DNA of 64,000 nucleotides, taken from contig OZ024741.1 of assembly GCA_964016885.1 (NCBI GenBank), positions 335,110,001-335,174,000 of the forward strand, written 5' to 3'. The translations under genes and the position numbers were made by a program. Position 1 is the stretch's first letter; each line of letters begins with the position of its first letter. Under the pieces are notes generated by a model. It was not told the DNA's origin. It worked only from the letters and a program-made list of their open reading frames with translations, and did not search any database. Shown piece by piece: positions 52,847 to 64,000 of the stretch. This DNA comes from Eledone cirrhosa (Eukaryota).

Positions 52847-53490
52847 TAACAGTGGTACCCGGCGTTGCACGGGATTAGGTATTTGGGAACGCGGACCGCC
52901 AACAGACATAATCGTGGAAAAACTGCATGCCTGGACAATATGTAAAGAAAATAATCCGAATACTCTGATGGCTGGATAATGTAAGATTTTCCTCGATGAA
53001 GCAGGAAAAAGCAGGTTTTCACTTAATGCGGGTCCTAGGGGATCAAGAAAATGAATTTTTTTATGTGCATAATATGCCTTGAAATTTCGGGAAAATCGGC
53101 TAGACGTTGCGCCTCCACAAAGCCCTAAAAAGCTGAAAAAATGAAGTTTTTCACCTAATGCGGGCCCTAGGCCATAAAAATAGTTAGATTTTCTTTGCTC
53201 ACGGTATGAAGAAGAGACTGACTAATACATAGTTACAATTTCAAGGAAATCGGTCTGACGTAACGCCTCAAAAAAGCTGGAAAAAACGCAGTTTTTCACC
53301 TAATGCGGACCTTAGGGGATCAAAATGTTGAATTGTTTTTATGTGCATAACACTCCATGAAATATAAGTAATACACATGTAAAGTTTGAAAAAGATCGAT
53401 TGGATACTTCTCGAATTTCACACACACACACACACACACACATACATACATACTTCCTTCCTCAGTTTTATATATATATACATATATAGA
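52846..53490 (-). mobile_element. Non-autonomous Helitron
   Basis: Minus strand A|TCTATATA start, (GT)n near the 5' end, three internal ttttcac-taatgcgg repeats, 3' hairpin cccgtgcaacgccggg and TTAG|T end (variant of CTAG). Confidence 0.75.
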
Positions 53491-53759
53491 TTAAAATAAC
53501 AGATTAAAGTTTAAGCAAAAAATCGTTGCTTTCACCCTTAAGGGGAACTTCTGAAACTAAAATCATCAATCTGTGAACGCAGAAGTAAATATTTCGAAAA
53601 ACGTTGCAACCGAAGGAAAACAGGAAGACGATGCTTTGGTTCGTGAAGACATTCCCTGGCAATGAACGGATAATAGCGAACATAACACATCATCAATGTT
53701 CCTCAGAATGTCGTAATGCAGACAGCCAGGCATACAGACAGATATTATAAGTGCGCTAT

Positions 53760-53947
53760 GGAGATGGATAAGCGGCGCCTAACACCCCTTTAACAACAGA
53801 AAATTGAAAAATAAAAGCTGCAGTTAATATCTGTAGACCGCACGGAATATATAATTGCAAGTTTGAAGTCAATCGGAGTAGAAATGTGGATTTGTATAGA
53901 AATGAGGACACACACACAGACAACATCAGTTTTATATATATATATAT
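53760..53947 (-). mobile_element. Probable Helitron 5' fragment
   Basis: aagtttgaa-tc-atcgg ... (CA)n cagttttatata architecture like the 5' end of the adjacent Helitron. Confidence 0.4.
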
Positions 53948-54235
53948 GTTAGGTAATTCCGAAGGAAAAGCAAAGGAAAAAAGAGTGCTCTATGTATAGA
54001 ACAGAGCTATTTAATTAGAAAGTGAACAACACAAAATATAACTACTCCATTACCAAAGGTTTCTGGATCCCAGACAATAATAATATACATCTGGATCGGT
54101 CATCAGACAGATGTTATCTGTCTGATGATAACATCTCTGTCTGACGACCGATCCAGATGTATATTATTATTGTCTGGGATCCAGAATCCTTTGGTAATGG
54201 AGTAGCTATATTTTGTGTTGTTGACTTTCTAATTA
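53948..54235. mobile_element. Fold-back HHR element in (TA)n
   Basis: Inverted arms about 54012-54118 and 54128-54235. Minus arm has an intact tctgt-CTGATGA..GAAA-cctttgg-TA|atgga (54046-54111). Plus arm has CTGACGA..GAAT (mutated). Confidence 0.8.
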
Positions 54236-55004
54236 TATATATAATCATCATCACTCTTTAACGTCCATTTTTCCACAGTAGCATGGGTTAGACAGGTTGT
54301 CCCGTTTGAGACAAGTTGGGTCAGGCGATTGTGTTTTGCTCATACAGAACTGTTTCTGGATTGGTTTCTACAGCTGAATGCCCTTCCTAACACCAACCAC
54401 ATTTACAGTGTATGCTGGGTGCTTTTTGTTGTGACACCTACACAACCACTTTACAATGTGAGCTGAAGGCTTCACTAGATGTATGCTACAACCTGTCCTC
54501 GTGCGAAATGTATGGAAAGGTGGAGATAGGGGTGGTGCATACTATATATATGCTTCAGCTTCAGCATATGCCTATGGGAGGGCAGGTCTTCTGTTTTATT
54601 GCATATATATATATATATATATATATATGCAATAGATAGATAGTTGTGAAGGGAACTCTTTATCTACACCTTCATGCATGTGCTGACATATATATGCAGT
54701 AGAACTTAATTCGTTCCTGAAGGCCATTCGTCACCTGAAATGTTCATAAACTGAAACTATTTTTCCTATATAAAATATTGAGAGAGAAATAGTGAGAGAA
54801 AGACTGTGTGTGAAAGACAGATAGATATCACCATAGTAACTAACTACACAGCAAGTAGCACTTTCACGTTGATACTCCCAGCTTGTCACCAATTATTGTT
54901 GCCGGCTTGTTTGTTCATTATTCGATACGTTTTATGTTCAGACAAATTTTTCATGACCCGATTTGTTTGTGATGAGAGGTGTTTGTGAACCAATGTTCCA
55001 CTGC

Positions 55005-55037
<33 letters not shown>

Positions 55038-55991
55038 CATATGGATTTTTGTAATGCAGCAAATTTTTGTGTGCTAAACTGAGAGGATACTGGCTATTTC
55101 AATTGATGAAATTGTGAGTACTTTAACGTTTTCATATGTTAGTCTGTCTATACAATAATTACACTATTTCATAGCTTTAGGCTTCTGGCTGGGGATGTTG
55201 TATTACAATTACTCATTTGTGTATGCTCCAAATGAATTTGTTGAGCAAATTTTAAACAACAAGATTGAAATCTCTGGATATCAATCAAAACCCATATTAT
55301 TATATATATACATCATCATCATATAACTTCTATTTTCCATGCTTACATCGGTGAGACAAGTTGTCACATTATGAGACAAGTCAGGCAATGCTCATATGTA
55401 TCTGTATTTTGGTTTTTGTTGTTAGACACACTTCCTAACACCAATCATTTAACAGTATGGACAGGGTGCTTTTATCACAGAACCAAAACAACCACCCAAC
55501 AGGATGGATTAAAAGCTTTTTTGTCATGCCAATGGACTTAGTGCTTTTTTCTTGTGTCACCAGCATGTGTCCAGCTTTCATGTTTGTATGCATGTGTTGG
55601 GCAGCAGAAGTGTATCAGGTAGGACAAGTTAGCAGGTTCGAGATGGATGAGGTGCTTGGGATATGTAGTTGGTGAGGGTAGAGTATTATGACTAGGAAGG
55701 TGTGAAGAGAAGATTGGTGCAGACTAGCGTTCTCTATATGTTTGTTTCATTCAGTGCACATGGGAGGGTGGGTCTTCTGCAGTACTGCAGTCAAGACCCA
55801 TGTTTCATTGCCATGTAGCATTACAGACAACATACTGTCTACCCTTCAATCTAAGCTTTTTGTTGTCAGCAGGGGTGCCAACTCCCTAAGCATCTTCCAG
55901 CTCAAGAAAGAGAGAGAGATATAGGCACATATATATGTATGTGTATGTATGAAAATGTATATATATATATATATGTATGTATGTACATATG

Positions 55992-56029
<38 letters not shown>

Positions 56030-56899
56030 CATATATATACATATATATATATATATACACATACATATATATACATATATATGCACATCCAAATAATATA
56101 TGTAAATAGCTAGAGAGAAAGAGAAAATATTCCCAGTAGATACAACAGGGAAGTTAGCTGAAGGTATCAGTAAAACAGACAGCAATTGTTTTATGTTCCA
56201 TAGAATGTACAATGTGAAAAGTTTAGATTCACAAACAGTTGGATATGAAATCTATTTGGAGAAGAAGAAGAAAAATGGATATTCAATATGAATGGATGAG
56301 GCATGCTGGTTTTAAAATGTGCCATGAGTTAGTAGTTTAATGTAGATTTTCAATGAAGTAGATGTGTCAAATTTGAAAGCAGGAGATGGATCAAACATGC
56401 ACAAATATGGTAATGTGTAGATTTGTATTTGTGCTTGGAGTTTCTATTAAAAAATAAATGAAAACTTTATTAACCAGTTTAATGTTGTGGCATTTGGCAT
56501 TTAGTATTTTCTGTTAGTGCATTTGGTTAGTATATACGATTAAGTGTAATATCTTCCCTATGCTAAGAAAATATTTGATTCCCTAAAAATATAACTATCT
56601 TCAGAGTTTTCATAGCAAAGTAATGTTACGTTTTCGTGACTGTAATTTTAATGAAATGCACACACTCTATTTCGATTAATTAACTCTTAACATCCAGTAA
56701 TGATTTAGCAGAAAATATATAAAAACCGGTTTTTAATTCAAATGTTTAGAGTATCTTTAATTGTGGACAGAAAACTGTTGTGAAAATGTGCAATAATATC
56801 CTGTAATGATTTAGCAGAAAATAACTAAAATCAGGTTTGTTAATTCAAATGTTTATTGTTTATTTTTCCTGAGCGAAATGTGGGGGGGGGCAGAATCCT

Positions 56900-57370
56900 C
56901 AAACACTCCTTCCAGTCAGAAGGTTCAACTGATCTGGCTGGATCCCCAAGCAAGACCAGCTAAGTTCATGAATGTTATCCAACCATCTTGCCAGTTGGTT
57001 TTGCCTTTAAAATCTGTCCAGCAATCTTTTCCAGAGACATTCTAACCATATGCCCATAGTATCGGAGCTGTGATCCCTCAATTCAGAAAAGTAGCGGCTC
57101 TACCTGGAGTGACTCTCTGATCTTCGAGCTATGCACTCTTTGGAGGATCCCCACTTGTATTTGTGATTGTATTCTTTTGGTCATTACACAAGATTTATGA
57201 CCATAGGTAAGGGGTGGCACGAATACCATATTGAAGATAGCAAGTTTGGCTTTTACACTTACCTTCCTTCTTCTGATTACCAAATGCTGAAGCTGACACA
57301 TTACTGCACCAGCTCTTGCAATTCTTGCACTTCATTCAGCCTCCTACTTTCCATCACTCATGGAGATACT
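56900..57370 (-). pseudogene. Degenerate RTE-type LINE fragment
   Basis: KAKLAIFNMVFVPPLTYGH..IRESLQVEPLL, followed by an SQLRYYGH-like motif in another frame. Confidence 0.7.
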
Positions 57371-57532
57371 TTTAGAGAGAGAAGCAGTTTCCTTGACAAT
57401 TGGAACCACTTCATATAATTCTTTTATAAAATTAATTTGGAAAATTTTAATTTAAAAAGGAATCCAGGCTGAATTAAGGTGTTAGTAAGGTGCAGTGGTA
57501 GATGGGATTAAGGTGTAAGTAGTAATGGTAAT

Positions 57533-57696
57533 CAGGGCTGCCAAGAGAAATTTTGCAACACAGTACAAGACACCTTTTGGACCCGAAGCAGGAAAAGATT
57601 TTTCTCAAAATGGATGTTGCATGGTTGCTGTGGGGCCTTCTTAGCTCTTGGGCTCCACTACAAAGTTCCAGCTGGATCCTGCTCTCATAGGCCCTG
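57533..57696. mobile_element. Short hAT-like MITE
   Basis: GC-richer island bounded by CAGGGC ... GCCCTG. Confidence 0.4.
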
Positions 57697-58377
57697 ATGG
57701 TAGTTGAGATTAAGGTGTATTGGTTAGTGGGATCAACGTGTTAGTAAAGTGTAATGGTAGGCTGGATTAAGGTGTATGGTGTAAGAAAGGTGTGTATAGT
57801 GTAATTGCAAGTGAGATTAAGCAGCTGATATCATTGTGTGGTTAATTGGTTTACACATGGTTGTGTTGTATTTGCATTCATTTGCAATTAGTAATGAGTA
57901 ATTAGATGTTAAGTCTAGCTATCTATTTATCTAAATATCCGTCTATCTATCTGTAATGATGTAGATGATGATGGTGGTGGTGGTGGCGGTGGCGGTGGTG
58001 GTGATGAGGAGGAGGAGGATAAGATAAAGAGGATGATGACAACAATGAAGAATTTGAAGATGCTGCTGATGATGATGACATGATGATGGTGACATGATGA
58101 CGATGATAAGATAATGATGGTGAATATGTCAATGACAACATGACAACGGTGATGACAATGATGATGATAATTTTGATGGCGATCATAATGATGATGAAGA
58201 TGAATGATATGAAATGAAGCCTGATGGCTGGAAATGTGGTTTTAACAGTTCCGTTAATGACTGACTAATTAGTCTCGTTTTAATTATTAATTTTATTTAG
58301 AGATATCAATTAATATTGCGTTTAGGCTGAGAATATATTGACTGAAGTGTTTTACCAGTTCAAATTAGTAGTTATTG

Positions 58378-58990
58378 TTCACACTGTAAGGTGGTCGGGC
58401 TGGTGATACAACAAAAAGCACCCAGTCCACACTGTTAGATGCTTGCTTCAGTGCCACAATAAAAACCACTCAGTGCACCCTGTAAAGTGCTCGTTCAGGT
58501 GACACAACAAAAAGCACCCAGCCCATCCTGTTAAATGATCGCTTTGGTGCCACAATAAAAAGCAAGTGGTGCACACTATAAGGTGTTCATGTTGGTGACA
58601 CAACAAAAATCACCCAGTCCACCTTGTTAGAGGGTTGTACAGGTGACACAACAAAAAAGCACCCAATCCACCTTGTTAGATGATTGCTTTGGTGCCACAA
58701 TAAAAAAGCACCCAGTCCACCCTTTAAGGTGGGTGTGTTGAGGAAATAGCAAAGAGTGTCCAGTTCACCCTGTAAGGTGGTCGTTTTAGTGCCATGATAA
58801 AAAGCACCCAGCCCACACTGTAACATGGTTGGTTGCAATTAGGAAGGGCATCCAACTATAAAAACCAAGCCAGAATACAGATCCATATGAACAAGACTTT
58901 GTCACCTGACTTATATTGTCTCATAACGTGACAACCTATCTAACCCCTGCACACATGGAAAAATAGATGTTAAACAGTGATGGTGATGAA
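58378..58990 (+). mobile_element. SINE family C copy with about 10 tandem 45-bp internal subunits
   Basis: Repeated aaaagcacccagtccac..tgt module, followed by the standard tail. Confidence 0.75.
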
Positions 58991-59290
58991 TATTGTTGAT
59001 GTTGTTTAGCACCATGTTGGCCATAACACAAGAAAACTAAGATTAAAACATTTCAGATGTGGCCTCCCTGTCTTTTTCTTTTCCAAATAGTGTGGAGCTA
59101 CAGTATGTGCCAATTGAGTGGTTCTTTAGTGTCATCTAATAGAGTGGTCCTTTGTATATCACCTGGGAGTGATCCTTTAGTATTCCACCTGGTGGAAGGG
59201 TCCTCTAGAGTATCACGTTGGGTATAGCCCTTTAGTGTGCCAGCTAGGGCATAGATGTGGTCTGATTATGTTATAGTATGTAGTATTGGT

Positions 59291-59519
59291 TTAACCCTAT
59301 AGTATTTCAACTGGCCATATCCAGCCAGAATTCTCTCACCTCTTTCTGTTCAAACTGGCTGTAGCTGGCCATTCATTCTGATGTTAAGGTATTTTTCTCA
59401 AAATGAATAATAACAAAATCTCATAGATTCAATACTTTGTGAGATGATTATGTGAGATAAAGCCTTTACCATGAAAATAAAATAGTAAATATAAAGTAAT
59501 GTAAATACTAAAGGGTTAA
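59291..59519. mobile_element. TTAA MITE, copy 3
   Basis: ttaaccctatagtattt ... aaatactaaagggttaa, with body homologous to 5445-5660. Confidence 0.7.
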
Positions 59520-59893
59520 TGAGTCAAGCAGTGAAGAATGGGTCCCATATTTAGTAAACACAGTGACAACTTTAGACATGCTTTGGTATTATTATACCTC
59601 CTCAGTGAAGCATCAACATATATCATCATCATCACCGTTTAGTGTCCATTGTTCCGTGCTAGCATGGGTTATATGAGTTGTGAGACAAGCCAGATCAGAT
59701 GTCTGTGTCTTGCTCATACAGAAGTATTTCTGGCTTGGTTTCTATGGCTCGATGCCCTTCCTAGCACCAACTACATTTACAGTGTGGACTGGGTGCTTTT
59801 TATTGTGGCAAGAAAGCGACCACTTTATAGAGCAGAGTGGGTGCTTTGTATCATGTCACCTACACGACCAATTTACAGTGTAGACTGGGTGCT

Positions 59894-59925
<32 letters not shown>

Positions 59926-60683
59926 TATATTACTATATTACCAACATGATTTATCTACCACTTAAAGCAATACACCAATCTGTGAAGCTGAAAATAAATT
60001 GGTATCCCTCTAACTAAACAGTCGAGTGATTCACAGCAGGAAAGGCACCCAACTGGAACATACCTTGCTCCAACAATATGCAAATTTGCCTTATCTATCC
60101 CTTCAATGCAAATATAGAGGTAAAATGATTGTTAAAACCTTATGTTGTCTTTAATTTGTTTCCCCGGAGAGAATATGGTAAACAGACTAAATTAATGCCT
60201 GACTGGTTAAACTGGTTGATAATCACACAGGATATTATTTTAAATGAATTAACATACTAGAGACAAATGAATGAGGGAAAACTTCAAATAATAGCTTTTA
60301 CGGAATCTATCAGATATAAAGCAGTTTTAGTTGTTGATTTTGTTTTAACTCTTTTGATAACCACCTGTCTAATTTTAAAGAGTTCATGTTCCATTTGTAA
60401 AGTGGTCGGCGTTAGGAAGGGCTTTTAGCTGTAGAAAGCTTACCAAACAAAGGGTTGGGAAGACCCTTTAATTGTGTCATAGTAACTTCCCTAGTGCTGG
60501 TGGTCTACAAAATAACAGCACCCAGTACATGCTGTAAAGTGGTTGGTGTTAGGAAGGGGCATCCAGCCTTAGAAAGATACAAAACAAGATACAAAACAAC
60601 TCATTTAATTGAGATGCAACTTAAATTAAAATCTTCCAACATAATTTGATATAAGAACCTTTTGTTAAATTATATCATAAATA

Positions 60684-61292
60684 ATAATTGTTTCGATTTT
60701 TGGCACAAGGCCAGCAATTATCCCAGTGCATTACTGGTGCTTTATTTTATCGACCCTATAAGGATGAAAGGCAAAGTTATCCTCAGTAGAATTGGAATTC
60801 AGAACGTTAAGGGCATTAACTCTATGCTGCAAAGCATGGTATCTGATGGCCTACCAATACTGCCAATCCACTGCCTTATATCATAAAGAATAATTGTTTC
60901 TACTTTTGGCACAAGGCCAGCTATTACCCCAGTGTATTACTGGTACTTTATTTTATCGACCCCGTAAGGCTGAAAGACAAAGTTAACCCCGGCGGGATTT
61001 GAACTGAGATCATAAAGGGACGTAACTATGCTGGAAAGCATGTCCGACCCTTTACCGATACTGCCAATTCAACGCCCTGTATCATAATTAATAATAATGG
61101 TTTCTTATATAGGCACAAGGCCAGCAAATTGTGGGGAGGGGAAAGTTGATTAAATCGACCCTTGTGATTGACTGGTACTTTATTTTATCAACCCCGTAAG
61201 GATGAAAGGCAAAGTTAACTTCAGCAGGATTTGAACTTAGAAGGTAAAGGGCCGTAACTCTGTGCAGCAACGTATGTTGTCCAGCACCTCCC
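60684..61292 (-). mobile_element. Three head-to-tail SINE family A copies
   Basis: Copies at about 60684-60875, 60890-61077 and 61092-61292, each preceded by tatcataa. Confidence 0.85.
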
Positions 61293-61816
61293 TTACCATC
61301 TTAATAATGAATAATATTTTAGTAAATCCCTCCAAACCCTTAATCAACTAATTTAAATAGAGTGTATGTTATTATGAATATGGTAATTGAAGGGTTAAAG
61401 ATAATTTAAAGTAGTTTTGGGGTGTTGTTTCTTGTAGGTCAATTGACCACATAAAGGCTTCCTTGTTTTCATGATGCTGCTGTTGTTGCTGCTGCTGTTG
61501 TTATTGTCATTGCTGCAGTTGCTGCTGGTACTATTATCATTGATGCTACTGCTGTTGTTGTTGCTGCTGCTACTGTTATCGTCATTACTGCTGCTGTTGT
61601 TGCTGCTGCTACTGTTGTTATGATCATTACAGCCGTTGCTGCTGTTGCTGCAGCTGCTACTGCTGTTGTTATTGTCATTACTGGTGTTGTTGTGGCAGCT
61701 ACTGTTGTTGCTGCTTATGTTAACATCAGTTGAACTGATCTAACAGTGTCTGTGTGTCTGTGTGTCTGTGTGTATATATATATATGAGTGTGCATGCACA
61801 CATACATGCGAGTATT

Positions 61817-61929
<113 letters not shown>

Positions 61930-61962
61930 ATATATATATACATGTATATGTATGCGTGTGTG

Positions 61963-61993
<31 letters not shown>

Positions 61994-62021
61994 ATATATA
62001 TATATACATATATATATACAT

Positions 62022-62081
<60 letters not shown>

Positions 62082-62138
62082 GTATATGTGGGTGTATATA
62101 TATATATATATGTGTGTGTGTGTATGTGTATATATATA

Positions 62139-62214
<76 letters not shown>

Positions 62215-62324
62215 TATATAGATATATATATAGAGAGAGAGATATATATATATAGATAGATAGATACACACACACATACATATATATGTATATGTGGGTG
62301 TATATATATGTGTATGTATGTGTA

Positions 62325-62416
<92 letters not shown>

Positions 62417-63717
62417 GAGAGAGAGAGAGAGAGAAAGAGAGATATATAGATAGATACACACACATGCATGTGTTGCATTGCCACTCCCCCAGCTAGAACT
62501 AACTACCTTTGTCTTCTTTCTTCTTACTGTTTGTTCAATCTTCAACACTCTCACCACCACTTCCCCCTCTTTCATCCCTCCCTAATCACCCCCACCACTC
62601 CCCCACACAACCCCCACTAACTTCTCTTTTAGGTCACATCAAAGTAATCCATTTCTTCTACTTACCTCTAACCTTCGTTGCCATCAACCACCAAGTCTCA
62701 ATCACACTATAATATATTGTTGTTGTTGGTTATTTACTTCTTTCTTTTATTATCATTATTATTATTGTTTTTCTTTTCACATTATTCACTCTCTCAAATC
62801 CCTCCCTCATCCAGCACCTTCTGTTACCTCCCTCCCTGCATACACACACCTTATCCATTCCCATATCACATCTCCAAAGCTAGTCCAGTGACTGTCTCAG
62901 TCACTCCACTATAACAAGCCAACCTGATATATTGCAGTCTTATTATTTTAGCAATCATATCATACCATCTCATCTCATATTATATTATATGATATTATTA
63001 ATTCCTGGAGTTCTTTTCTATTCTTTAAAACTGATTAATGCTGGCTTATCTTTGAGACTATCCAGAGAAACGAATGTTCTGATTATAGTAATAACCTTTA
63101 ACTCTGCCTCCATCATTTTTCTATATTTTTATCATGGTACTCTTTCTGTTTCGCCTTCCTTTCAAAAGAAATCAATGGTATGTCCATTCTTTAATATCTG
63201 GGAGTGGTTACAGCTGCACCCAACTTTTCAGTGCTGGATGTATGATGGATAGATAAGACAAGGGAAAGTGTGAGCCACTAGGTCAGAGCTTTTCTAACAT
63301 TTTCATATTGGTGACACACTTTTCAAATATATAATTTTTCATTGCGAAATATTTAGTGACATGAAATTAATTAAATTATTTGTTAGCATTTAACAGATTT
63401 AGAAGAAAACATCTAAAAATAGGTTTGTTAATTCAAATGTTTATAGTATCGTTAATGGTGGATAAATCGTTGTGAAAATTTGCAGTATTATCTTTTAATA
63501 TCCTGTAATGATTTAGCAGAAAATATCTAAAAGTAGGTGTTAATTCAAAAGTTTATAGTACCTTTACTAGTGGACAGATCATTATGAAAATTTGCAGTCT
63601 TAGTGTACACAGTTCAATGTTTAATGTGATGCAGTCATAGTGATGTTTTCTACTCTTCAAGATCTTGCTAATGTTGCTTCATGTGGTATAGGATATCAAC
63701 AATTAATAAATAATGAA

Positions 63718-63893
63718 ATAATTGTTTCTACTTTTGGCACAAGGCCAGCAATCACCCAGTGCATTACTGGTACTTTATTTTATCGACCCCGTAAGGATGA
63801 AAGGCAAAGTTAACCTTGACGGGATTTGAACTCAGACTGTAAAGGGAAAGCATGGCGTCCAACTCTCTACAGATACTGCCAATCCACCGCCCT
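63718..63893 (-). mobile_element. SINE family A copy
   Basis: Homology to 5225-5445, with TSD taaataatgaaataat. Confidence 0.85.
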
Positions 63894-64000
63894 TAAATAA
63901 TGAAATAATGAAACATAACACCTGTCATATGACACCAGTCACATTATATCAACCACCACATGTTGAATTTTATGACAAGTTTCATATCTGAAATACAGTT

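Overview
AT-rich, microsatellite-saturated eukaryotic DNA with no securely identifiable host gene. The SINE/RTE repertoire and (TA)n density suggest an invertebrate, probably a cephalopod, but this is inference. The only real long ORFs belong to a young Penelope-like retroelement (PLE; RT plus C-terminal GIY-YIG, with the CxCx5C motif described for the Hydra clade). It sits in (TA)n as a partial-tandem plus inverted array (6280-14004) carrying three hammerhead ribozyme (HHR) motifs. The most interesting signal is a set of short non-coding HHR-bearing insertions, all in (TA)n tracts. These are two partial-tandem, retrozyme-like elements with about 1001-nt and 523-nt units, three fold-back elements, and one element with outward-facing HHRs on both strands. 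The inverted ones share a short-tail/long-tail geometry with the autonomous PLE. The rest is SINEs, RTE and CR1-type LINE fragments, Helitrons, MITEs, minisatellites and simple repeats. Almost all short ORFs in the track are repeat artefacts. All RNA folds were paired by eye and coordinates of repeat ends are approximate.
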